A stretch of 64,000 nucleotides of DNA from an uncultured Acidobacteriota bacterium (GTDB lineage Bacteria > Acidobacteriota > JAAYUB01), in NCBI GenBank assembly GCA_964436005.1, contig CAYTBK010000005.1, positions 3,041-67,040 of the forward strand, in the 5' to 3' direction. Position 1 is the stretch's first letter, and each line of letters begins with the position of its first letter. The translations under genes were made by a program, and so were the position numbers. This document shows, in pieces, positions 1 to 8,314 of this stretch. The notes beneath the pieces were generated by a model. The model saw nothing but the letters and a program-made list of their open reading frames with translations. It was not told where the DNA came from and searched no databases.

Positions 1-1
1 G

Positions 2-226
2 ATGGGGAAACTGCCCAAAACACTCCCCGGCCTCTTCTTGAAGGCGCTTGCGATGGCCGGGCTGGCTCTGGTGAGGTCCGGGGCCGCCGAAAAACTCTTG
101 CGCAGTGCGGTCAGACGCATGGGGACGACTACCCCAGGCAATCCACAAGGCCGGAAGCCACGGGTTGGCGGCACCTTCTCTCAGGAGGTCAAAGCCTGGT
201 GGCGTTCGCGCCGCCAAGCCCCCTGA
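2..226 (+). CDS. 3' end of a CDS truncated by window start; hypothetical
   Basis: ORF open to window edge, stop at 224-226; no recognisable motif. Confidence 0.3.
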   Translation: MGKLPKTLPGLFLKALAMAGLALVRSGAAEKLLRSAVRRMGTTTPGNPQGRKPRVGGTFSQEVKAWWRSRRQAP

Positions 227-254
227 TTTCCCTCGCACTCACGGAGAGTGATCC

Positions 255-581
255 ATGTCGAAAAGCAATTGGTTGGAAAGGTTGTTCCGTCCAGACCAGC
301 CGGTGGCAAAGGGAGCGAATTTTGGGCTGCTGTCTTGGTTGGGCGGAAAAATCTGCCAGGACGCCAAGCTGAAGCAGCTGGTCTTGCAGACCGAGCTGGT
401 GAAAGCCGAAACGGCCCTGCTCAACAGCATGGGCGATAACATGAAAGCCCGCCTGCGCCTTCACCTTCTCTGCGACCCGTCGTTCCAGGAATCGCTGGCG
501 AAGAAGCTGGCGGCCGAGGAAGTTGGCGTAGACCTGCTGGAAGAATTACTCAAACCGGAGGATTCCGATGAAGCCGTCTGA
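255..581 (+). CDS. hypothetical protein (first of three coupled genes)
   Basis: ATG start 12 nt after preceding stop; overlaps next ORF by 14 nt. Confidence 0.5.
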   Translation: MSKSNWLERLFRPDQPVAKGANFGLLSWLGGKICQDAKLKQLVLQTELVKAETALLNSMGDNMKARLRLHLLCDPSFQESLAKKLAAEEVGVDLLEELLKPEDSDEAV

Positions 582-1050
582 TGAAACACCTTATCGCGGT
601 CCCGGCATCGGCGAGTTCGGCCGGCGCCTGGTGGACTGCTGGCTGGATCGTAAGCGCAAACAAGCGGAGGTCCGCCGCTTTCTCGAAAAGGACTTCGTCT
701 TTTTTGTGAAGGGCCGCTCAGAATATCAGGACGCCTACCGTCACGTCATCGCCCAGCTCAAAGAGCCGGAACCCGCATTTCATGACCGAGGCCGTTTCGT
801 GGAAGTCATGCTGCGCCGCTGGCTCGAGATCGTGCTGTTCCACGGGGTGAAGGAAGAACAAGCGGACTACGCCGCTCCGGCCGAGTCGCCGGATTATGCG
901 CTCCTGTACGACCAGTTCAAAGCGGGCGGCTTTCCGGAAGACGTGGCCATCACCGTGCAGTTTCTGATGGAGCAGTCCGGCGACTCTTCGTTGGCCGGTT
1001 TTACCGAGGCCTACCGGACGGCTTGCCGGGAGGTGGACCATGAGCGCTGA
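568..1050 (+). CDS. hypothetical protein (second coupled gene)
   Basis: Overlaps the upstream ORF by 14 nt and the downstream ATPase gene by 11 nt, indicating translational coupling. Confidence 0.55.
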   Translation: MKPSDETPYRGPGIGEFGRRLVDCWLDRKRKQAEVRRFLEKDFVFFVKGRSEYQDAYRHVIAQLKEPEPAFHDRGRFVEVMLRRWLEIVLFHGVKEEQADYAAPAESPDYALLYDQFKAGGFPEDVAITVQFLMEQSGDSSLAGFTEAYRTACREVDHER

Positions 1051-3028
1051 ACAATCGCCGCGCCTCCTGGATGCCTTCCGGACATTGCACCCGCAATTCT
1101 ACGCCGGCCGCTTGCCGGATGCGTCCCGCCGGGACGACCGGTTCTTCATCGGGAACCTGGATGGCCGGCCCAATGAGCGAGCCTTTTTAGACCCGCAGGC
1201 CTTCGGCGTCCACACCTTCGTGCTGGGGGTGTCAGGGAGCGGCAAAACGCGTTACATCAGCTATTTGTTGTTTGATCTCATTCGGCGCGGGCAGAAGATC
1301 GTCCTGTTGGATCCTGTCGGCGGGCTGTTCGCCGCCGTGCGCAACTTTGTGGGTTTCCTGTACCGGGTCTTCCGGGATTCTCCCTGGTTCCGCCGGTACT
1401 ATCTTGACGAGTTTCAAGAGCGGTTTTACTTCGTCGACTTTTCGGATCCCGGCAATCCATTCCGCTGGAACCCGCTGGAACGGATGGGGGAAGAAAGCAT
1501 CGACGAGACAGCCGGCGACCTGTTGACGGCCATCGAGGACAAGATCGGCAGCATGCTGGACATGCGCCGCCTGCTCAACGTGCTGAACGGCTTGTTCCGG
1601 ATCGGCATCGAGCTGGGGCTTACCTTGCCCGAAGTCCGGGACATGCTGCAAAACACCGAGTTCCGGGAAGCCTGCCTTCGCCGGGCGGCCCCGTCGGACG
1701 CGAAGCGCTATTTCGAGGACTTTCTGCTCCACTTCAAGGGCCAGGAGCTCAACAGCCGCCTGGAGTCGGCCGTCAATGCACTGAACATGCTGCTGAACGA
1801 GCCCTGCATACGCAATTTCTGCTCCGCCCCGAACGGCAATCTCGACTTGGCGAAAATCGTCAACGACCCGGGGAAAAGCCTGGTCGTCCATTTGCCAGTG
1901 GCTGCGTCCCACCATGGGGCGGAACTCATGGGGACACTCCTGCAGACGAAGGTCCTGCGCATCGCCTTCCGCCGAACGCCCGAGCAGCGAAAGCGGCGGC
2001 TTCACCTGGTGACGGACGAAAGCCACCTTTTCGTCAGCGACTACATCTCCAAGGCCTACAGCATCGTCAGGAACTACGGCGTCAGCATGGTGTATTCGGG
2101 TCAGTTCGCGCGGCAAATCCCCCTCAACACGCCCGAAGGGGAAGGCAAGATCAACAACATCATCTCCAACTGCAAGCTCCGCATCCTATTCCGCCTGGAC
2201 CGCGCCGACGCCGAATCGTTTGCCAAGCGGGTGCAACTGGTGGATTTCCGCCGGCTGAAAATGGTGGTGGAAGACGTAGCCGTTTCCCGCACCCAGACGC
2301 GATCCGAAGGGACGTCCCGCTCCCGCGGGGAAAGCCGGGGCGAAACCAGCACGCAAACCTGGTCGGTGACCATGACGGAAGGAACTTCGCAATCTCATGG
2401 CGGAACGAACAGCCGGGGGGAAAGCTCGAGCGTGGGGACGTCGGACGGGAAAACCTTCGGCATCGGGCTGTTGGCGGATGAGGACCGTCCCTCCAGCCGC
2501 CAAGCCGTTTCCACGTTGGGGTCCGGGTTGACCATAACCACCGGCAGCTCCTACGCCGCCGGCGCATCGCAATCCCGCGGGGAATCTTCCGGCGGAAGCC
2601 GGGGCGAGACCTTCACCGTCACCCAGACCGACGGGAAAACCGTCACGGTGGGCAACAGCGACGGTCGAACCGTTACCGCCCGCAACGTGTTCTGGACTTT
2701 GGAAGAGCAACGGGAAGAGTTCATCCAGAAACATTTCCTGTTTTCCCCGACCCGCCTGGCCCTCTTCGCCCTTTCCGACGGTCTGGCCTTGCGAGTGGAA
2801 ACCCCGTTCGTGCCGGACCGTTTCCCCGTCGTGACGCCGGACGGGAAAACCGACTACGAAGCGGCGTACCTGGAGCAATCCTGCCGCCGGGCCGGCCTGC
2901 TGCGGGTGGAGCCGGCCCCGGAAGCGCCGGGAGCCCCGGAAGTCAAGGGGATGGCGGTTGCGGCCGAGGACCAGTCGGCAGAAGCCGGGGCGTCGGGGAC
3001 CAGGAAACGCAAGCGGACGAATCTTTGA
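1040..3028 (+). CDS. VirD4/TraD-like type IV coupling protein family ATPase (no N-terminal TM), C-terminal S/T/G/R-rich repeat tail
   Basis: Walker A GVSGSGKT followed by the T4CP-typical IVLLDPVGG motif; Walker B-like HLVTDESH; C-terminal degenerate SRGES..SRGET repeats encoded by an internal DNA duplication (~2320-2390 vs ~2570-2640). Confidence 0.6.
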   Translation: MSAEQSPRLLDAFRTLHPQFYAGRLPDASRRDDRFFIGNLDGRPNERAFLDPQAFGVHTFVLGVSGSGKTRYISYLLFDLIRRGQKIVLLDPVGGLFAAVRNFVGFLYRVFRDSPWFRRYYLDEFQERFYFVDFSDPGNPFRWNPLERMGEESIDETAGDLLTAIEDKIGSMLDMRRLLNVLNGLFRIGIELGLTLPEVRDMLQNTEFREACLRRAAPSDAKRYFEDFLLHFKGQELNSRLESAVNALNMLLNEPCIRNFCSAPNGNLDLAKIVNDPGKSLVVHLPVAASHHGAELMGTLLQTKVLRIAFRRTPEQRKRRLHLVTDESHLFVSDYISKAYSIVRNYGVSMVYSGQFARQIPLNTPEGEGKINNIISNCKLRILFRLDRADAESFAKRVQLVDFRRLKMVVEDVAVSRTQTRSEGTSRSRGESRGETSTQTWSVTMTEGTSQSHGGTNSRGESSSVGTSDGKTFGIGLLADEDRPSSRQAVSTLGSGLTITTGSSYAAGASQSRGESSGGSRGETFTVTQTDGKTVTVGNSDGRTVTARNVFWTLEEQREEFIQKHFLFSPTRLALFALSDGLALRVETPFVPDRFPVVTPDGKTDYEAAYLEQSCRRAGLLRVEPAPEAPGAPEVKGMAVAAEDQSAEAGASGTRKRKRTNL

Positions 3029-3048
3029 CGGGGAGCGTTAAGGAAGAA

Positions 3049-3223
3049 ATCATCCGGGCGGGCGAAATGTCCGTCGGGGATGGCCGCAAATGGCGTCCAG
3101 CATCCCCGACTACGTCGTCTCTTCCCCTGGCCGAGCCGACGTAGTCGGGGCTTGGCCCGACGGACATTTCGCCCGGATTTAGATGATCCGTCGCCCTATA
3201 CGTTGACGGATAGGGCGACGGAT
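3049..3223. promoter_or_regulatory. nested inverted-repeat cluster upstream of the replication-relaxation gene (candidate oriT/operator)
   Basis: Outer IR 3052-3078/3156-3178 (23 bp with 3-nt bulge); inner IR 3104-3117/3137-3150 (14 bp); IR gtcggggatg 3073-3082/catccccgac 3101-3110; separate 14-bp hairpin 3186-3199/3210-3223. Confidence 0.5.
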
Positions 3224-3245
3224 AAGGCTGGGGACAGGGTGCCGA

Positions 3246-4235
3246 ATGCAAAACGAAACCGACTCTGAGGAAACGACCATGGAAGAACAAAGCACGGATG
3301 CCGGCCGCGACAGCGCCCCCGTCCACCTCACGCCGAGGGACATCCACTTGTTTCAACTGCTGCGCTGCTATCGGTTCCTGACCAACGACCTGGTCCGCAA
3401 GCTGGTCTTCTTCACCCGAGACGCTTCGGGCCGGAGGATCTACACCAGCCCCAGGAACGTCCGCAGGCGGCTGCATATGCTGCTGGAGCAGAACTATCTG
3501 CGCGCCTTCCGCGCCCCGGTGAAAACCGGCGAAGAAGCTTTCGTCCATCACTACTGGCTGGGCCCCAAGGCGGTCCCCATCCTGGCGGAGGCCGCCGGGG
3601 TGAGCGATGTCGCGACTCTCTGCCGCCGGGAGGCCGGGAACAAAATATTTCTCCTTCATACCATGCTGACGGAAAGCGTCATGGCTTCCTTCGAGCTAGG
3701 TCTGGACGGCTGCGGCGTGTTGCGGCAGCTGCCGATCGGCCTTGCCGGCGGCCTGCCCTGGGTGAACGAATGGGCCTACCAGGACCCTTCGGCGGTGAAA
3801 AAGGAAGACCGCTACCTTTCCTATGACCGGGTCTATGACCATCAGTCCAAATTGACGTTGACCGTTTACCCGGACAGCGTGACCGTGCTGGCGGGGGTCA
3901 ACGAACTGGCGGGCCTGCGGCGCGTCGTCTTCATCGAGGCGGACCGGGCCACCGTGCCGCACAAGCGCATGGTGGAGAAGCTGGCCGCCTATGCCGCCTA
4001 CCAGGATCAGCATAGGTACCGCAAATATGCTCCGGAGGCCGATGGGATGAAGGTTCTCCTGGTGTTCAGTTCCGCTCGCCGGTTGCAATCCGTGCAATTG
4101 ACGCTGTCGCGCCTGTCACGCATCCAGGAACTGGCGTTGTTGGGCTATGCCGGGGATGTGTGCGACCCCAAGAAAATCCTGACGGACAAGATTTGGACGA
4201 CGCCGCGAGGGGAGAAACTCTCCTTGCTCACCTGA
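3246..4235 (+). CDS. replication-relaxation family (Replic_Relax, wHTH) protein
   Basis: N-terminal wHTH-like motif HLTPRDIHLFQLLRCYRFLTNDLVRKLVFF...RRRLHMLLEQNYLRAFR typical of the PF13814 family. Confidence 0.65.
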   Translation: MQNETDSEETTMEEQSTDAGRDSAPVHLTPRDIHLFQLLRCYRFLTNDLVRKLVFFTRDASGRRIYTSPRNVRRRLHMLLEQNYLRAFRAPVKTGEEAFVHHYWLGPKAVPILAEAAGVSDVATLCRREAGNKIFLLHTMLTESVMASFELGLDGCGVLRQLPIGLAGGLPWVNEWAYQDPSAVKKEDRYLSYDRVYDHQSKLTLTVYPDSVTVLAGVNELAGLRRVVFIEADRATVPHKRMVEKLAAYAAYQDQHRYRKYAPEADGMKVLLVFSSARRLQSVQLTLSRLSRIQELALLGYAGDVCDPKKILTDKIWTTPRGEKLSLLT

Positions 4236-4447
4236 AGCTGAAGAGGAGCCGTTTCATCCGGCCTCACCAAGTTGCATTTCAGTTCATTCCATTTCATAAT
4301 ATTTTTTAGGGCAACTAGCTTATTATTCTTGATTTTAACTGCTATTTGACGATAATGAAATTAGGTTGATTGAAAGCCCCTTTTAGTCATCCTTTTTAGT
4401 TTTTCTCCCCTGAGTATGACGCCAGAAGTCCTGCTCCTGCTGGGAGG
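4236..4447. other. AT-rich island in a high-GC background (candidate origin/att/promoter region)
   Basis: ~210 bp with a strong GC drop and short catttca/cattcca/tttcata iterated motifs. Confidence 0.4.
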
Positions 4448-4726
4448 ATGCGCGATGATCGCGGCCGTGAACCTGTCATGTACGTGGTTGTTGCGCGGCT
4501 CCCGAGGGAAGAAACGATCCGGGAAACCCAGCCCCGGATCCAAAGCCGCTCGCCGTCCGCGAGCCCTTTGAAGACGCCGGATTTCGGGCCTACGCCTGGA
4601 ACCCGCTCCTTCTCCCTGCCGGGAGGGTCTCCCCAGACCCTCCCTTTCCTCCTCGTTTTCCGGCTTTCCCTGATCTTTGACAATCCGGTCTTCCCGCTCC
4701 GATTTTACTTGTTAACCTTGCTGCCT

Positions 4727-5152
4727 ATGCTGTGCTATCTCGACTCCAAGCTCCAGGACGATCCCGACATTGAGGACGTCACGGTGGAACCCCTCAAATG
4801 CTCCTGCTCCTATTGCGGCGCGGAACTGCAAGACGACGACTGCGCTTCGTGGAAAGAGACGCCCGACGCGGAAGGCGTTTGCCCCGAATGCGGCCATCTA
4901 TCCAGTTATTGCTGGAATGACCTTGACGGCCGCGCAGACTGGTTCAATTGGGCGAACATCTCCACCGACCGTCACGGTTGTCTTTACTTCAACGTGAGCG
5001 TCGCCGATCCCCGCGGCTCGGATCTCACCTTCATCCTCTACGTGGACCGCAACGATCAGGCGTACAAGGTGGTTCTGCCCGACGGCGGCCTGTCCTACCT
5101 CAAACCCAAGGACGAGCTGAAGGAGCGCGTGCTCGCCTACGTCTACAGTTGA
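4727..5152 (+). CDS. hypothetical zinc-ribbon protein
   Basis: CSCSYCG...CPECGH motif pair; no SD before 4727, so the start is uncertain (the ORF opens at 4448). Confidence 0.4.
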   Translation: MLCYLDSKLQDDPDIEDVTVEPLKCSCSYCGAELQDDDCASWKETPDAEGVCPECGHLSSYCWNDLDGRADWFNWANISTDRHGCLYFNVSVADPRGSDLTFILYVDRNDQAYKVVLPDGGLSYLKPKDELKERVLAYVYS

Positions 5153-5174
5153 TCTATTCTTTAACCCTCTCCCT

Positions 5175-5492
5175 ATGGAAAAATCGGACCCAACGCCGGA
5201 AAAAGAGCGGCTGCGCTACTTCGTGCTCCTGTTCGAGCTGAAGTTCCCCTCCGCCCGGCCCGGACTGACGGAAGACCGGATCGTCCTGGAAAAGCTGGTG
5301 CTGGCCGTCGACGAATCCGCCGCCGGATTCATCGGCAAACGCTGGGAAGCCGCCCAGGCCAAACGCAGCGACTGGGGCGCGGTCAAGTTCCTGGCCGTCA
5401 AGAAGGCCACCCAGCAAGCCAACGCCAACCTCGACCATCTGCGCAAGCTGGCCGTGGAAGCGGAAAAGGATGTGAAAAGCGCAGGGGCCTAG
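5175..5492 (+). CDS. hypothetical protein
   Basis: Plausible composition; no SD. Confidence 0.4.
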   Translation: MEKSDPTPEKERLRYFVLLFELKFPSARPGLTEDRIVLEKLVLAVDESAAGFIGKRWEAAQAKRSDWGAVKFLAVKKATQQANANLDHLRKLAVEAEKDVKSAGA

Positions 5493-5733
5493 CCTCGCCG
5501 GCAGCTCTGGAACCAGGGCTGCCGGTCCCTCTGCCGATTGTCGTCGTGAACTGCGACGTTTCCCTTTTTCGGCTCCTGGGCTGTGAAAGGATACCGTTTC
5601 CCGGCATGAAGAAGGCCGCAGACTTCGGCCGTCTCCGCCGGACCAGAAACCGGCCGTCACCACGGCCGCAGCCGGCCAGGCTGGATCAGCCCTCCGGAAC
5701 GGGCGCAACCCATTTCACAGGAGGAAACGAATC

Positions 5734-5949
5734 ATGGCCGAGAAAAAAGTGCTGATGAACTCGTCCGAAGCGGCCCAGTATCTGGGCGTGGCCCGGAGAA
5801 CGCTCTACAATTTAGTTTACTTCCGGAAAGTCCCCTTCACCAAGGCGTTCGGGAAACTCCAATTCGACCTCGAATTGCTCAACAGCTTCCTGATGGAGCG
5901 CACTTTCATGCCCCCGAAACCCAAGCCGCGGCCTGGGCAGAGCCTATGA
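5734..5949 (+). CDS. excisionase/AlpA-like HTH (HTH_17) DNA-binding protein
   Basis: SD caggagg 8 nt upstream; motif SSEAAQYLGVARRTLYNLVYFRKVP. Confidence 0.65.
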   Translation: MAEKKVLMNSSEAAQYLGVARRTLYNLVYFRKVPFTKAFGKLQFDLELLNSFLMERTFMPPKPKPRPGQSL

Positions 5950-5961
5950 AGGAGGTGGTCC

Positions 5962-6180
5962 ATGCCTGAAGGGATCAAACTGAAAAAGAGACTGGCGACC
6001 ATCAAGGAATTCTGCCGTGAAAACACCCAATTCCGGGAAGGCGGCATCCGAGCCCTAATCTTTCACTCCGACGACAACGGCTTCCGGAAAGTCCTGGTGC
6101 GCGTCGGCCGGAAAATCCTCCTGGACGTGGACGCCTTCGAGCTGTGGCTGGACCAGGCTAATGGCCGCCCGGGAAAATAA
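5962..6180 (+). CDS. excisionase-family HTH DNA-binding protein (paralogue of the preceding gene)
   Basis: SD gaaggaggtgg; motif IRALIFHSDDNGFRKVLVRVGRKILLDVDAFELWL. Confidence 0.65.
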   Translation: MPEGIKLKKRLATIKEFCRENTQFREGGIRALIFHSDDNGFRKVLVRVGRKILLDVDAFELWLDQANGRPGK

Positions 6181-6189
6181 TCAAGCTCA

Positions 6190-6230
6190 GGAGAGCGGGC
6201 AATCAGACTCGCTCTCCTAATTTCTTCTCC
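6190..6230 (+). terminator. intrinsic terminator after the xis-like genes
   Basis: 8-bp stem ggagagcg/cgctctcc with a 12-nt loop, followed by taatttcttctcc. Confidence 0.5.
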
Positions 6231-6364
6231 CCATGGCCCTCTCTTGTCCGCGCAACGTCTCCCCACATTTTCCCTGAGCTTTTTCCAAACTATTTCTCGA
6301 AGAGCCGAGGATATAGGCTTCCACTCCGAAGCCGAAAAGGCAACTCCCCCAAATTTCCCCCAAG

Positions 6365-6404
6365 GGCCTAAAAACAACAAGGACTTGCTAGTGCAAGTCC
6401 TTGA
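6365..6404 (-). terminator. intrinsic terminator of the tRNA-Val/tRNA-Asp transcript
   Basis: 10-bp perfect stem aaggacttgc/gcaagtcctt; on the minus strand it is followed by ttgttgttttt. Confidence 0.55.
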
Positions 6405-6410
6405 TTTAAA

Positions 6411-6487
6411 TGGCGGGGTCGACGAGACTCGAACTCGCGACCTTCGGCGTGACAGGCCGACGTTCTAACCAACTGAACTACGACCCC
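6411..6487 (-). tRNA. tRNA-Asp (GTC)
   Basis: Cloverleaf: acceptor GGGGTCG/CGACCCC, anticodon loop CTGTCAC, T-loop TTCGAGT, CCA encoded. Confidence 0.9.
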
Positions 6488-6559
6488 GCTCAATTCTGCT
6501 CGACATGATCCGCGGAACCTGGGTTCCGGCGGCGTGGCAAACCATGGAAAGATCGTTTC

Positions 6560-6635
6560 TGGTGGGCGGTACAAGGCTCGAACTTGTGACCCTCGGCTTG
6601 TAAGACCGATGCTCTACCAACTGAGCTAACCGCCC
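6560..6635 (-). tRNA. tRNA-Val (TAC)
   Basis: GGGCGGTTAGCTCAGTTGG...CTTACAA anticodon loop...TTCGAGC T-loop; CCA encoded. Confidence 0.9.
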
Positions 6636-6744
6636 GAGCGAATTGTAACCATAGCCCAGCTCCGATTCGTTGTCAAGAAAAACCTGGGGGAGGTGTGCAA
6701 TTTTTTCGCCGCGGGAGCGCGTGGGCCCGGCCGGAAAAACCGGG

Positions 6745-7248
6745 CTACCGATAGGCGGGCGGCAGCAGCTTTCGCCAGGCGAGGCCGTGCTTTCCCGGGC
6801 CGTAGTAGTCCGGCAACCGACCGGCCGGGCGGAACCCCGTGGCCTGGTAGAGGGCGGTGGCGGCCGGGTCGCCCTGACGGGATTCCAGCCGCAGGCTCCT
6901 GGCCCCGTGGGCACGGGCGCGGTCCTCGGCCAGGCCCATCAGGCGGCGGCCCCACCCCTGTCTCCGGGCCGCGGGGCAGACCGCCACGGAGAGGACGCGG
7001 GCCCAGGGGCTTCCGTGGCGGCTTCCCCCGAAGGCCAGGACGATGGAGCCGAGGGGGGCGCCGGCTCCGCTCTCCACGAGGTAGAGCTCGCAGCCGGGCT
7101 GGGCCAGGAAATGCCGGTACAGTTCCTCGGAATAGGCGTTTTCGGTGAAGCACTCGTTCTCGACGGCCATCAGGGCCGCCAGGTCGCGCTCGGCGGCCGG
7201 CCGGATGGACGCCCCCTGGGCGAAGTCTTCCGTCTCCATGCTTTTCAT
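6745..7248 (-). CDS. GNAT family N-acetyltransferase (RimI-like)
   Basis: GNAT motifs RRQGWGRRLM and ATALYQATGF. Confidence 0.8.
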   Translation of the reverse strand: MKSMETEDFAQGASIRPAAERDLAALMAVENECFTENAYSEELYRHFLAQPGCELYLVESGAGAPLGSIVLAFGGSRHGSPWARVLSVAVCPAARRQGWGRRLMGLAEDRARAHGARSLRLESRQGDPAATALYQATGFRPAGRLPDYYGPGKHGLAWRKLLPPAYR

Positions 7249-7530
7249 TCGCTTTCTTCTCCCAGCGCAGCCCCGTTTCGAAAATACCGGCCGCTTCCTC
7301 GCGACGAAGCGAAACCGGCACCGGCGCCGTCCTCGAACTTCGCCACCCGACTCTCCGAATTTGTTGGTGTCCTGCTGCTTCTGCGGTTAAGCCGGGTTCC
7401 GGGCGGAAATCATAACAGGCGCCCGTCGGCTGGCGGATTTTTTTCAGGGAAAAGTTCGGAAAAATTCCGGCTCGTGCGTTGTGTAGGTGGGGCCTTTCCC
7501 CGGACGAAAAGACGAGGCGGGAGGTGTTTT

Positions 7531-8292
7531 GTGCGCAACTTTATTATTTCCATGCTGTTGACGTTCTGGTGGGGTTGGCTGCCCGCGTCGGGGGCGGAGG
7601 GCGGGGCCGGGCTCTTCGAGGCCTGCCGACGGGGGGATGCCGAAGCGGTGGCGCGGCTGCTGGACGGGGGAGCGCCCGTGGATGCCGCCGGCCGGGAGGG
7701 CGAGACCCCGCTCATGGAAGCTTCCGTCCATGGCCAAGGCGAAGTCGTGGTCCTCCTGCTGGCCAGGGGCGCCGACGTCCACGCGGCCACGTCCGCCGGG
7801 CTGAACGCCCTCATGCTGGCGGCGGCCAACGGCCGGCCGGAGATCGTGGAAGGGCTCCTGGCGGCCGGGGCCCGGGTGAACGAGGCCCGCCGGGACGGGT
7901 TCACCGCCCTGACGCTGGCCGCCGCGTACGGGCAGGCGGAGGCTTGCCGGGTCCTCCTGGCGGAGGGGGCCGACCCCCACGCGCGGACCTCCGCGGGCTG
8001 GACCCCCCTGCACTGTGCGGCGGCGGGGGGCTTCGTCGACGTCCTGGCCGCCCTGGTGGCCCATCACGCCGACGTGAACGCCCCGGCGGAGGGCGGGTTT
8101 TCCCCGCTGCGGGCCGCGGCGGCCAACGGCCACCGCGAGGCGGCCCTTTTCCTGCTGGCGGCCGGAGCGGGGGACGCCGCCGGCGCCGCCGAACTGGCCC
8201 GCCGGAACGGGCACCCGGCGGTGGCCGACGTGCTCGCGGGGAAGGACAAGACCCTTGACACGGCCGGCTCTTTCGCTAACATGGTCCGTTGA
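7531..8292 (+). CDS. ankyrin-repeat protein with N-terminal signal peptide
   Basis: GTG start with GGAGG 6 nt upstream; ~7 ankyrin repeats (TPLMEAS..GQGEVVVLLLARGADV etc.). Confidence 0.8.
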   Translation: MRNFIISMLLTFWWGWLPASGAEGGAGLFEACRRGDAEAVARLLDGGAPVDAAGREGETPLMEASVHGQGEVVVLLLARGADVHAATSAGLNALMLAAANGRPEIVEGLLAAGARVNEARRDGFTALTLAAAYGQAEACRVLLAEGADPHARTSAGWTPLHCAAAGGFVDVLAALVAHHADVNAPAEGGFSPLRAAAANGHREAALFLLAAGAGDAAGAAELARRNGHPAVADVLAGKDKTLDTAGSFANMVR

Positions 8293-8314
8293 TCTAACCA
8301 ACAGGGAGTTCCGC

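Larger units (their letters stand above)
1..6410. mobile_element. putative integrative mobile element (partial; left end outside window) abutting tRNA-Asp 3' end
   Basis: T4CP-like ATPase, Replic_Relax-like protein and tandem Xis-like HTH genes immediately downstream of the 3' end of tRNA-Asp, plus an AT-rich island; integrase not in window. Confidence 0.45.

Noticed and set aside
4236-6410. att site / direct repeat of the tRNA-Asp 3' end inside the window
   Set aside because: I could not find a second copy of the tRNA-Asp 3' segment (…CGAGACTCGAACTCGCGACC…) by eye in 1-6410; the element boundary therefore remains unproven.
6670-7530. 5' extension of the ankyrin ORF back to 6670 (540-aa version)
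   Set aside because: The extension runs antisense through the GNAT gene 6745-7248 and is low-complexity. The GTG at 7531 has a proper SD and is followed by a signal peptide.
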